The notes beneath the pieces were generated by a model. It was given only the letters and a program-made list of their open reading frames with translations, made no database searches and was not told the origin of the DNA. A DNA stretch of 64,000 bases from a virus: positions 52,583 through 116,582 of the IMG/VR virus record IMGVR_UViG_3300037501_000111; one strand, written 5' to 3'. This document shows positions 29,702-39,423 of this stretch, one piece after another (within the stretch, counting starts at the first letter, position 1; each line of letters opens with the position of its first letter). The position numbers were made by a program, and so were the translations under genes.

Positions 29702-31503
29702 TGCCAGAGAACAAACCTTCTAAAAAACCAATTATCGATATGCCTTCCAAAAAGCAATTGGCAAAGGTCGTTGGCCCATATTCTGATAAGGAGCTAGAGC
29801 TTACGCCAGAGATGGAAGAAAAGATGAAGAAGGACATGGAGTTTTTCGATCTCTATGGTATTGATTATAGTAAATTTAAACCAGAGTTTCTTTCTTTTAT
29901 CACTGATAAAAAAGCTTATCCTAACTATGACCAGTATCAGTATATTGCTGGCCAACATGATCTAAAAAAGTGGATGTATGCTCTTAAAAACATTCACTAT
30001 AAGCAAAAAGCAGGATTTCCATATCGTGAGGCCATTAAGACTGCAACTCAGGGTTGGAATAAAATGGAAATTTACGATTTCTTAAATTGGTTAAGGTTCT
30101 ACGGAGAGGGGACTCACATGAAATATAAGTTTGCACAAGTCTGGTACACCAATGATCAGCCAGGCTACTTCTTACATATCAAACCAGATCCTCCTAAAGA
30201 ACCTGAGCCTCGCTATGATGCTAATGCTGTAAATGATGCTCGTGAAGAAGCTGAACGCAAAGAAGAAAAAAGACAAATCATTGAAAAGCAACGTGCAAAA
30301 ATTATTGGCCGCTTAGACTCTGCTGAGAAGTTGTTGCGCTCTCAAGATGGCCAAGAATTTGCTGGTAAAGAGTTAGAAAACTTGATGGAAGCAATTTATG
30401 CTCTCAAGAAAAAAGTTCAACTTGTTAACAAATTAAGCATTTCTACTCGTTTATATGAAGACATGATTGTGCGTGAAGGAAACGTACTCAAGCGTAACGG
30501 TTTTACTAAAGCTGCAGAAATATTGTATTCTCTCGCTCAAACTCCAGGCGCCTCTGCTGAAGTGGCACAAGAACAGTCAGCTGGAGATGCAGTTCCGCCA
30601 CCAGTCCCACCTCCACCACCAACTGATCCATCTGGTGCCCCAGGAGGTCTACCAGCTACTCTGCCAACTACACCTAGTGTTCAAACAGAAAAGCCAACCT
30701 CAAAAGCTATAAATGAGTTCATTAGTAATATGAATGAAGGTAATAAAACTGATGCCACTAATTCTGAAGACGATCAATTAGAAGTAGAAGATTCAGAAGA
30801 GCCGTTGATGGTAACTGAGGCACAAATTACTCCTGCACCGCCTCCGCCACCTGCTGTTTTGGAAGATATTCCAACTACAGACACCCCAGCTCCTGATAGA
30901 AATCCTCCAGCATTCATTCCAGAAGCCACGCCTAAAGCTAAAAAACCTTTAAAAGAAGAACCACTAGAAGTAACCGAAGAAGATTTACCTCCACCAGGTG
31001 GTGAGGGACCATCTACAGAAGGTAAACCTTTGGGCGGTGTAAGTTTAGATAAAATTGATAACGTATTCAAAGATGTTTCAATGGAAGAAATTGTAGCCGA
31101 ATTAGAAGATATTTCTACTTACTATAAAGTACGTGAAATGCCAAGACGACTTGCTCGCCTAGATATGATGTTTGATGCTAAAGGAATTTCAGTATATTTT
31201 CCAAGTTTATCAGAAGCTCAGAATAGGGCGTTAGATGCTAATAATTATATTGCTACTCGTATTGATGATATCTTGGCTAAGGTTCGTGGTGCTATGGTAA
31301 CCAACGATATAGCCTCTAAATTGAAGACTGATCAAGATAAAGAGAAGCAGCGTAAGCAAATGAGAAAAGAACAAGAAAATGCTGAATTAGAAGGCGGTCC
31401 GACCCCTCCAGAAGGCAAAGAAACACCAAACGTTGAATTAGGAGAACTAGGAACTCCAGCAACACCTCTACCAGCAGCTCCAGCAAGACCGTCAGCAGTT
31501 TAA
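29701..31503 (+). CDS. Large Pro/Glu-rich hypothetical head-module protein
   Basis: 600-aa ORF with poly-Pro tracts and KFAQ/SLAQ/TEAQ motifs. Confidence 0.75.
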   Translation: MPENKPSKKPIIDMPSKKQLAKVVGPYSDKELELTPEMEEKMKKDMEFFDLYGIDYSKFKPEFLSFITDKKAYPNYDQYQYIAGQHDLKKWMYALKNIHYKQKAGFPYREAIKTATQGWNKMEIYDFLNWLRFYGEGTHMKYKFAQVWYTNDQPGYFLHIKPDPPKEPEPRYDANAVNDAREEAERKEEKRQIIEKQRAKIIGRLDSAEKLLRSQDGQEFAGKELENLMEAIYALKKKVQLVNKLSISTRLYEDMIVREGNVLKRNGFTKAAEILYSLAQTPGASAEVAQEQSAGDAVPPPVPPPPPTDPSGAPGGLPATLPTTPSVQTEKPTSKAINEFISNMNEGNKTDATNSEDDQLEVEDSEEPLMVTEAQITPAPPPPPAVLEDIPTTDTPAPDRNPPAFIPEATPKAKKPLKEEPLEVTEEDLPPPGGEGPSTEGKPLGGVSLDKIDNVFKDVSMEEIVAELEDISTYYKVREMPRRLARLDMMFDAKGISVYFPSLSEAQNRALDANNYIATRIDDILAKVRGAMVTNDIASKLKTDQDKEKQRKQMRKEQENAELEGGPTPPEGKETPNVELGELGTPATPLPAAPARPSAV

Positions 31504-31511
31504 GGAGATAA

Positions 31512-32285
31512 ATGAAACTCCGTGAACTGCTTCAAGAGATGAAGAGAGTCCAAACGAATATAGGCGCTTCAACGCCGTATATTTGCGGAGGTACGCCTAG
31601 AGATAAGTATATGGGCAAGCTAGAAAACATTGCAGATATAGATATTACTACTGGTGATAAAACAGTTGACTATTTATCACAAGAATTTTATCTTAATTTG
31701 CGAAAGAAATTTAATGTGACTCGTAAAACTATGGAAGATGGACATAGTACCATTTTTATTGGTAGTTTAAAAGTTGATTTCTCATCTAATTTTAATGCAC
31801 CAAATATCGATCAAGAGCTTGCTAAAATAGGAATTGCCAATCCTACTAATATGCAGCGTGAAATGTTTAGTCGTGATTTTACTTGTAATACATTATTGCT
31901 TTCTACCGATCTTAAACAACTTGTAGATCCAACTAAAAGAGGGTTCAAAGATATTAAAGAAAAGAAAATAAGAACCTGTTTGGCCCCAGAAATAACTTTA
32001 ACATCCAATAGAAATAGAGTGGTTAGAGCAATCTATTTAGCTTGTAAGTTAGATTTTGATCTAGATGAATCAATTATTGAATTTGTACGTAAACATCCTG
32101 ATTCAGTTAAGATCTCTACCGAGAAAGCGATGAATGATAAGTTAAATGAAGCTTTCTCAAGAAACCCAGAAAAGGCTGCCGTTCTTATCACTCAAATGAA
32201 TATATGGAGCTATATTCCAATTACAGAAAAAGTATATCCATACTATATGAAGCAGGTAAAAGGGAAAATCAATGTCAAGAAATAA
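31512..32285 (+). CDS. Divergent class II nucleotidyltransferase (CCA/poly(A) polymerase family), truncated
   Basis: GGTPRD...DIDIT and RDFTCN present; the EDxxR motif is replaced by SNRNR; SD AGGAG. Confidence 0.8.
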   Translation: MKLRELLQEMKRVQTNIGASTPYICGGTPRDKYMGKLENIADIDITTGDKTVDYLSQEFYLNLRKKFNVTRKTMEDGHSTIFIGSLKVDFSSNFNAPNIDQELAKIGIANPTNMQREMFSRDFTCNTLLLSTDLKQLVDPTKRGFKDIKEKKIRTCLAPEITLTSNRNRVVRAIYLACKLDFDLDESIIEFVRKHPDSVKISTEKAMNDKLNEAFSRNPEKAAVLITQMNIWSYIPITEKVYPYYMKQVKGKINVKK

Positions 32286-33108
32286 GCAAGCTTATTTCCA
32301 GGGTGGTGGCGGGGTAAATGAACCTGAGCCAAAGAAAAAGAAGTATAAGTCCGAGCCGGCTATTGTAGTTCAACCAAGGTTCAAGGAGCCGCTTTATCGC
32401 AATTACGATTTATACAATACTCCCGGCGAGCACGGCCCAGGTGCTGGTTGGCATGATATGGAAAAGTATAAAAGCATCGACGAATTTTTAAAAGCCAAAA
32501 GAAAGAAGCTCAAGGATAAGTATAAGGCCAACGACTCTTGGATCCAGGACGATAATTCTAAAATAAAGAAAAACCCAAACATTAAAGCTAGAGCAGCTAT
32601 TTTTGAGGAAATCATTAAAACAGCTAGAATGCCGGGCATGGGAATTTACCATACACTTCGTAGAAAATTTGGTCCTACCAGAAGAGAAATTCTGGAGTAT
32701 CTTGAATCAATGGATGAAAACAATATTGATTTTCCAATTGATGAACAAATTGATAGTGAAATGATAGGCTCAAGCATTGATGATGTTAACAATAATCCAG
32801 TGGGTAATAGTAATTTAACTGGTGGTAAATTGGATGAATATCTTCCTAAAAATGATTTTGAGGGCAAGCATCCTACTACTTTAAATTTTGGCAGAGATTA
32901 TTCTGAGGAGTCTATTCCTAATAATGAGGTCCTTGAAAAACTTATTAATAAGTATCTATCTTCATCGGAGCCAGACTTATTTGGTTTACCAAACGGCATT
33001 GATCCTAATTCTGATTTAGATGCTGAGAAGACTATGGATACGGAAGAACCATTCAAAGGGACATCCGATATTGGTACGGATATGTATAGAGATAATTGGG
33101 TTATCTAA
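32272..33108 (+). CDS. Hypothetical protein beginning with NKQAYFQGGGGVNEP
   Basis: N-terminal 15 aa identical to a segment of the 44593 protease/scaffold. Confidence 0.75.
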   Translation: MSRNKQAYFQGGGGVNEPEPKKKKYKSEPAIVVQPRFKEPLYRNYDLYNTPGEHGPGAGWHDMEKYKSIDEFLKAKRKKLKDKYKANDSWIQDDNSKIKKNPNIKARAAIFEEIIKTARMPGMGIYHTLRRKFGPTRREILEYLESMDENNIDFPIDEQIDSEMIGSSIDDVNNNPVGNSNLTGGKLDEYLPKNDFEGKHPTTLNFGRDYSEESIPNNEVLEKLINKYLSSSEPDLFGLPNGIDPNSDLDAEKTMDTEEPFKGTSDIGTDMYRDNWVI

Positions 33109-33175
33109 AACCAACTATTATCATTGCATACAACCGCATATTATCATATAAAGAAAGCACTCTAGAGGTACCTAA

Positions 33176-34246
33176 ATGACTTTACAATCCACAGCACAAC
33201 AGCTATACGTCATAGACCCGATCTCCCCGGCGTCACAGCTACCGGCCCATGACGAACATTCAGTAGTAGCTATTCCTGCGCATTTTGATCATGGTGGCGA
33301 AGAAGAGCTTATGAGTGGACCGCTTGAAGTAACAGAACCTGGCGAAATTGAAATTGTCGTAGAAAAAATTCCAGGTGCTCCAGATGGCCCAGATCCAGTT
33401 ATTGAAGTTGCTGATGAGTCAATTCATGTTGAGGATAATGAGCCAAAGAAAGAATCTGAAAAAGATGAGAAGGGTAGCAAATGGAATTGGTCTAAACACG
33501 GTCCGCATGGATTTGTGGCTTGGGTTAAAGAAAGACTTGATTCCGTTCCAAAGCATTCCGGGTATGATAGTGCTGGGCTAGAACGCGCTATGGCATATAT
33601 GGAAAAACTTGATAGTGAAATTTCTAAGGCCATGAGAATGGATCTTGATTCTGAATTGGATGCTAACCAAGTAGAAAAAATTCGTACTCAACTCGATGAT
33701 GGCCTTGCTCGTTTACGTGATCGTCTAGAGAAGGTTAAGGATTCAAAAAAGTCTTCCAAGAAGCGCAAGAAGAGCGCACAAGAATTACAACCACAAATCG
33801 ACAAAGTTCTTGAAAAGTATGCAGATGAAGATTTGCAAGCCTGGGTAGAAGATACTGGTGTTCCAGGTGAAGAATGGGATGCAAAAAAAGTAATCATTCA
33901 ATTAGCTAACGATGGTTTTGAGCCAGGTTTTGAAGGAACTAATATCATTAAAGAGGCACAAAAGATTACCGGAGTTCAAGGCGTTTATGTTACCGTTCCT
34001 CTTTTGATCTCTAGAGTGGCACGTGTTTGCATTAATGGTACTATTTCTGCTGGACATGATATTGAAGATTTATACAAGCGTCAAGTGGCTAAGTATAAGT
34101 TAGACGATCGTGAACAAGCAGAAGTCAGACAGCTATTATGTGATATGGGCTATCCACTTCGTGAGGACCGCGGTTTCTTTCCAGATGATGATCTAGAGGT
34201 TTGGGACAGCGACAATATGGATTGGTCCGCAAACTACAAGGCATAA
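33176..34246 (+). CDS. Acidic hypothetical head-module protein
   Basis: SD GAGG; STAQ, KSAQ and KEAQ motifs. Confidence 0.75.
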   Translation: MTLQSTAQQLYVIDPISPASQLPAHDEHSVVAIPAHFDHGGEEELMSGPLEVTEPGEIEIVVEKIPGAPDGPDPVIEVADESIHVEDNEPKKESEKDEKGSKWNWSKHGPHGFVAWVKERLDSVPKHSGYDSAGLERAMAYMEKLDSEISKAMRMDLDSELDANQVEKIRTQLDDGLARLRDRLEKVKDSKKSSKKRKKSAQELQPQIDKVLEKYADEDLQAWVEDTGVPGEEWDAKKVIIQLANDGFEPGFEGTNIIKEAQKITGVQGVYVTVPLLISRVARVCINGTISAGHDIEDLYKRQVAKYKLDDREQAEVRQLLCDMGYPLREDRGFFPDDDLEVWDSDNMDWSANYKA

Positions 34247-34247
34247 A

Positions 34248-34907
34248 ATGACTAAAAATTACAGGCGCCAAGGTGTTGTTAATAGACAATCTGATGAGTC
34301 ATATAGTGAGGATCATTGGTTAAAAGAGTTTGAAAATAAACTTCAAAAGACCAGTGTTCAGCCTCGTGGTCAGAGTCTGTATGATCAAATTAGTTCAATC
34401 ATGAACTCTAAATCTAAATATCCATCAGTACAAGCTGCTGTTGATGATATGATGCACCGTAGTGGATTAACAGCCTATCTAGAAAATGTAAAAACTTCTA
34501 CTGAAGAAGCCTCTGATAAACCAAAAAAGATTGCACAAGATAATCAACAGGCTAAGCACACGCATGAACATAAAAATAAGCCTTCCCTTAAAATTTTAGA
34601 GAAGATTCCTGGCCTCAAACGTACTCTTGAGAATATTATTAAAGAGACCAGAGGTAACATGCCAATCTCAGCGGTTGTAGCCCGCTTGCAATCATTGCAT
34701 TCTAGAGATACATCTGATGAATCTATTTGGGATGATGATGAGTTGTTGCGTTTAATTAGTCACTGTAATCTAGAAGCTAAAAAATCTAACCCTGGTGTGT
34801 TTGAAAATTTTGATAATCTTGGCCAAACAGATCATGGTAGCAATGAATCAGACATTGATGCCTCAAATACTGATGCTTTCAACGCATTAATGCCTGCCAA
34901 AATTTAA
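34248..34907 (+). CDS. Hypothetical protein
   Basis: 219-aa ORF. Confidence 0.7.
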   Translation: MTKNYRRQGVVNRQSDESYSEDHWLKEFENKLQKTSVQPRGQSLYDQISSIMNSKSKYPSVQAAVDDMMHRSGLTAYLENVKTSTEEASDKPKKIAQDNQQAKHTHEHKNKPSLKILEKIPGLKRTLENIIKETRGNMPISAVVARLQSLHSRDTSDESIWDDDELLRLISHCNLEAKKSNPGVFENFDNLGQTDHGSNESDIDASNTDAFNALMPAKI

Positions 34908-35475
34908 GTTGCTTTGCACTTACCCGGCCTGTTTTTTCAGGTTCTGAAGGATATTTTTCATTCCACAACTTACTATATTTACAGTTGTAACATAATAGCT
35001 TTTTGTCTTTAGTAATATTGAGGTGTTCAACCTTATCACTATTACATATTTGACAACATCCACCATAGTATTTGACTAGTTTGTGTCTGTAGGATTCGGC
35101 ATATTTGTTTTTGAAAACTTTACCATATCTGCAATTGTAACATAACACCTGATATCCACTTTTTAATACGATATTGTTATACAGATAATTGATGTCTCCA
35201 TTGATTGTTAACTTAGTATACTCATCTTCGCCACAATTTACGCAAGCATTACCATAAGCAAAAATAACAGCACTTCGTTTCATACGATAGCGGCCGTTTT
35301 GTTTTTTAGAGTAGTTTGGATCTGATTGATGATATTTTTGATCCACGATTTTACGACAAGGCTTGCAGATATAATATCCCTTCTTTTTGTCGCTATTGGC
35401 CCGGTTTTTAGGTGACAATGAAATGCCACATTTGAGGCATCCGCGTTTTCTTCGTTTTTTCGTGGAAGCAATCAT
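34879..35475 (-). CDS. Zinc-binding protein with two degenerate HNH-like repeats
   Basis: YGNACVNCGE..LTI...QVLCYNC and YGGCCQIC...LLCYNC; the expected DH catalytic dyad is absent. Confidence 0.6.
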   Translation of the reverse strand: MIASTKKRRKRGCLKCGISLSPKNRANSDKKKGYYICKPCRKIVDQKYHQSDPNYSKKQNGRYRMKRSAVIFAYGNACVNCGEDEYTKLTINGDINYLYNNIVLKSGYQVLCYNCRYGKVFKNKYAESYRHKLVKYYGGCCQICNSDKVEHLNITKDKKLLCYNCKYSKLWNEKYPSEPEKTGRVSAKQLKFWQALMR

Positions 35476-35498
35476 ACTGAATATACGATCATTTTAGT

Positions 35499-37382
35499 AT
35501 GCCAAATTTAAATATAGAGAACAAAGAAATTTTTGAGAAGATGAAGAAACAACTTCTCATGATGGATCCGGTATCATTTTGCGAAGCCAACTTAACTTTA
35601 GATGGTGAACCATTCTCACTCACAAGCAATGGGTACAAGCCCTTCAGTGATATCTACAGATACATTGGGATCAAAGCATTAGAGAAAGATTCCAAACCAG
35701 TTATTCTAGTAAAGGGACGTCAGGTGGGAGCTACTACCATGGCAAGTGCTCTTGAGATGTATTTTATGGGATCTGGTTTGTTTGGAGATGGATTCCGTCC
35801 ACCAATTCGTGTCATTCATGCATTTCCTCAGTTAGAACTGGCGGCAGCCTATTCAAAAACTAAACTTCAACAAATGATTGCTCAGGCTAAGATTCCTGAA
35901 GGTACGCCAGAAAACAAATCATCTCGTCCAAAGTCTTTCATGCAACAATTGCTTGATACTACAACTCCGACTAATGACTCCTTGCATTTTAAGCAGTTTA
36001 TGGGAGGAAACCACTTGTGGATTGAGTCTACTGGTGTAGATGCTGACAGAATCATGGGTCGTACTGCTGATATTCTTTTCTTTGATGAAGTGCAGAAAAC
36101 AACAAGTGTAGCTATTGGAAATGCTCTTAAGATTTTAACCAACGCTAAGTATGGTAAGCCTACTAAGGGTGTACAGGTATTTTTCGGAACGCCTCGTCGT
36201 AAAGGTTCAGATTACCATAAGATGTGGCAATCTTCTTCCCAACAGTATTATTATCTTGGATGTGGGAAATGTAAAGAGTATTTCCCACTTTATACTCCAG
36301 GCTCTGATGACTGGGAAAAAGTTTGGATTTATGGTATGACTGTTAAATGTACACACTGCGGTCATGAACAAAATAAACTAGAAGCTCAGGAGCGTGGTAA
36401 GTGGGTTGCACTTAAGGATCCTAATGATCCAGATTGTGCTATGGTTGGATTTCATATCAATCAGCTTTACATGCCTAAATTTACTAGAGAGGATATTGAA
36501 AAAGAAAAACCAGGTAAACATCCAATCAATACAGAGCGCGTATTTCAAAATGAAGTTTTGGGAGAGTTTTATCAAGGCGATGCGACACCAATGTCTCCAG
36601 AAGATATTCGTGTTAACTGTGCCGATTTTGAAAGAAAATTTAGTCCTCGCATCATGTCTCCAAAAGGTATGACACAGTATTTAACTGTTCTTGGAATAGA
36701 CTATGGCGCCCGTTCAGATTTAGAACAATTAGCTGATCCAGAAAAAGTTAGACCAGCAGGGCAGTCATATAGTACTGCCGTTGTTTTGCAAACCAAAGGT
36801 CCAAGTATATTGTCAATTGAGTTTGCAACTAAATTCAAACGTAATGATATTGAGGGCAAGAAAGGCCTCATTGATCAGCTAATGAGACAATACAGCATTC
36901 AATTAGCTATTGGAGATATTGGTTATTCTAATGACTTTTCTGCGCTACTTCATAATACATATGGAGATAGATACTTAGTATCACGTGCCCATAATAAGGT
37001 AAATGAGCATGTTAAGTTTAATCACGAAGCATTTCCAAAAGAAATCATTTTTGAAAGAGACTTTTATATTAGCGAACTCTACGATCAGATGAAAAAAGGA
37101 TTGATTAGATTTCCTTATGGAGATTATGAAAAAGTTGCGTGGTTAATTGATCATTGTTGTAGTATGGAATTAAAGCCTTCTATTTCTAAATATGGTGATC
37201 ATACTGTACATTATGTTAAAGGCGGCACACCAAATGACGGATTTATGGCACTATTGAACGCTTATTTGGCATTTAAATTCCTAGTAAGTAGAGGATTTAC
37301 AAATAATAACCCTACATTGCATAATACTAAAAACCTGACCAAACCCATGGTAATGACTGGATATGTTCCTAGGAAATTCTAA
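35499..37382 (+). CDS. terL: Terminase large subunit (GpA-like)
   Basis: VKGRQVGATT Walker A, FFDEVQ Walker B, FGTP coupling motif, CxxC..CxxC insert, GFHINQL, GIDYG nuclease motif. Confidence 0.9.
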   Translation: MPNLNIENKEIFEKMKKQLLMMDPVSFCEANLTLDGEPFSLTSNGYKPFSDIYRYIGIKALEKDSKPVILVKGRQVGATTMASALEMYFMGSGLFGDGFRPPIRVIHAFPQLELAAAYSKTKLQQMIAQAKIPEGTPENKSSRPKSFMQQLLDTTTPTNDSLHFKQFMGGNHLWIESTGVDADRIMGRTADILFFDEVQKTTSVAIGNALKILTNAKYGKPTKGVQVFFGTPRRKGSDYHKMWQSSSQQYYYLGCGKCKEYFPLYTPGSDDWEKVWIYGMTVKCTHCGHEQNKLEAQERGKWVALKDPNDPDCAMVGFHINQLYMPKFTREDIEKEKPGKHPINTERVFQNEVLGEFYQGDATPMSPEDIRVNCADFERKFSPRIMSPKGMTQYLTVLGIDYGARSDLEQLADPEKVRPAGQSYSTAVVLQTKGPSILSIEFATKFKRNDIEGKKGLIDQLMRQYSIQLAIGDIGYSNDFSALLHNTYGDRYLVSRAHNKVNEHVKFNHEAFPKEIIFERDFYISELYDQMKKGLIRFPYGDYEKVAWLIDHCCSMELKPSISKYGDHTVHYVKGGTPNDGFMALLNAYLAFKFLVSRGFTNNNPTLHNTKNLTKPMVMTGYVPRKF

Positions 37383-37460
37383 AGCTACCTAAATATTGAG
37401 CTTTACTGATATATCATATTTAGTGTATTCTAGTAGAGGGTATAGTGGAACAGAGGTTAC

Positions 37461-39344
37461 ATGGCTGGCATTAAAAAATCAGGATTAGGAGAACATCCGT
37501 CCTTTTCAGCGAAGTTCTTACAGGGTAGATCCACAATTCCTCAAGTAAGTGCTATTATGGCACAAGGTGTTTCTGGTGAAAGAAGAATAATTCTTTCAGA
37601 TGAAGTAGATCAAGGTTATTTTAGAGATGGCTCAGGACCAAATATTAATAAGATGTCTGCTAATATGCCGACCAATGCTTCTAACGTAGCATTTTCTGTT
37701 GGTATGAAGAAAAATGCTCAAGCTGTTAGCAGTTCTGGCGGCATGTTTCGTGGCATTCATGGAGATTCTGTTAAACAAACTCCTGAAGTTTATTCTCCTC
37801 TTTGGCTAAATTCTAATTTAAATCTACCTCGTGATAGAGCTACCATTAACGCGTGGTGCCGCAGCTTTTTTGCTTTGAATCCATTTGTGCATAATGCTAT
37901 TAGTTTGCATAGCACATACCCTATTAGTAAGCTATCTATCAAATGCCCCAACAAGGATATTGAAAAATTCTTCGATGACATGATCGAAGAAATTGATTTA
38001 ATGAATATCTGTGTACAAATAGCTCAAGAATATTGGCTTTTAGGAGAAGCATTCGTTTATGCAGAACTGGATGAAGGTAAAGGTAAGTGGAGTCGCCTAC
38101 ACATTCAAAATCCAGATTTCATGATCGTTAAGCGTACCGTCGTAGCTAGCGAACCAATCATCATGTTGCGCCCCGATGAGAATCTCAAAAAAATCATTTT
38201 TTCTAATCGTCCAACCGACATTGAGCAACGTAAGCAGCTTAACCAGCATATTATTGACTCAGTTAGACGTGGTGAAAATATTCAACTAGATAATTTCCAT
38301 GTATCACACTTGGCTCGTAGAATCAGTCCTTATGAAATTAGAGGTACTGGACTTCCAGTTTGTATTTTTCGTCAGTTGATGCTTTTCGATAAGCTACGTG
38401 AATCTAAATATGCTCAATCTGATAATATGATTAATCCATTGACTTTGGTTAAGATTGGTTCGGCAGATTATAAACCAACTTTTGCCGATCTTGAAGCTTG
38501 GAGAAGTGTATTTGAAGAAGCACAATATGACAAAGACTTCAAAATTTTTACCCATGAGGGTGTAGCAGTTGAAAGAGTGGGTTGGGGTCAGGGCATCTAT
38601 GATATCTCTGGTGATATTACCCAAATACTTAAAGAAGTATTTATTGGTTTATTCGTTCCACCAGTTATGATGGATGGTGGTGATACAACCACTTATGCTA
38701 ATGCAGGTGTTGCTTTGGACATTCTACGTCAAAGATATATGCAATTCCGTAATATGATGTCTATTTGGCTAAAGAATAAGATTTTTGCACCAATTTCTAA
38801 AATCCAAGGATTTTATGATTACTCTGGCGGTGAGAAACAACTTATTGTTCCAGAAATTGACTGGAATCACATGTCTCTATTTGATGCAGGTGATTACATC
38901 AATAGCTTAATTACATTATCTCAAGGACAAGCTGACCAAAAGAGAGTTTCTATTCATACTCTTTACCGTTCATTGGGTCTTGAATATGAAGATGAAGTAC
39001 GCAAGATGCGTAAAGAAAATATTCAGAATGCAATTGCTAAGAAAGAAATTGCAGCTCTAGATCAATTAGATCTTAATGCTCTTCGTGCGCTGGATGATGA
39101 GGATGAAATCCCAGAACCAAAACAACCGGGTGCAGGACAAGAGCAGCCAGTGCCAGGAGAATCTTCAGGCGGAGCACCAGGCGGATTACCAGATTTGGGT
39201 CTACCAGGAGGCGCCCCACCTCCCCCACCACCTCCAGGCGGTGGCCCACCTCCTCCACCACCTCCAGCAAGCCCTCCAGCAAGCCCTCCAGCAGGCGGTC
39301 CTCCAGCAGGTGGCGAAGCTCCCCCACCCCCGCCTCCAGCATAA
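37461..39344 (+). CDS. Portal protein with a poly-Pro C-terminal tail
   Basis: Directly after terL; P.V.NAI, LLGEAF, PY..RG.., helical core; Pro/Gly-rich tail. Confidence 0.78.
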   Translation: MAGIKKSGLGEHPSFSAKFLQGRSTIPQVSAIMAQGVSGERRIILSDEVDQGYFRDGSGPNINKMSANMPTNASNVAFSVGMKKNAQAVSSSGGMFRGIHGDSVKQTPEVYSPLWLNSNLNLPRDRATINAWCRSFFALNPFVHNAISLHSTYPISKLSIKCPNKDIEKFFDDMIEEIDLMNICVQIAQEYWLLGEAFVYAELDEGKGKWSRLHIQNPDFMIVKRTVVASEPIIMLRPDENLKKIIFSNRPTDIEQRKQLNQHIIDSVRRGENIQLDNFHVSHLARRISPYEIRGTGLPVCIFRQLMLFDKLRESKYAQSDNMINPLTLVKIGSADYKPTFADLEAWRSVFEEAQYDKDFKIFTHEGVAVERVGWGQGIYDISGDITQILKEVFIGLFVPPVMMDGGDTTTYANAGVALDILRQRYMQFRNMMSIWLKNKIFAPISKIQGFYDYSGGEKQLIVPEIDWNHMSLFDAGDYINSLITLSQGQADQKRVSIHTLYRSLGLEYEDEVRKMRKENIQNAIAKKEIAALDQLDLNALRALDDEDEIPEPKQPGAGQEQPVPGESSGGAPGGLPDLGLPGGAPPPPPPPGGGPPPPPPPASPPASPPAGGPPAGGEAPPPPPPA

Positions 39345-39360
39345 TCTAATTCAATTGAAT

Positions 39361-39419
39361 AACCCTCTATTTGTGAATAATCTAGCATTGTTTTAGTTAT
39401 TGCGCACAAGTAGAGGGTT
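39361..39419 (+). promoter_or_regulatory. Long hairpin occluding the SD of the 39424 gene, with a candidate promoter inside it
   Basis: AACCCTCTATTTGTG (39361-39375) pairs with CACAAGTAGAGGGTT (39405-39419); SD GAGGG at 39413-39417. Confidence 0.7.
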
Positions 39420-39423
39420 TTCC

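Noticed and set aside
39062..39409. Gly-rich and other alternative-frame ORFs over the portal tail
   Set aside because: Shadow ORFs produced by the stop-poor poly-Pro coding sequence
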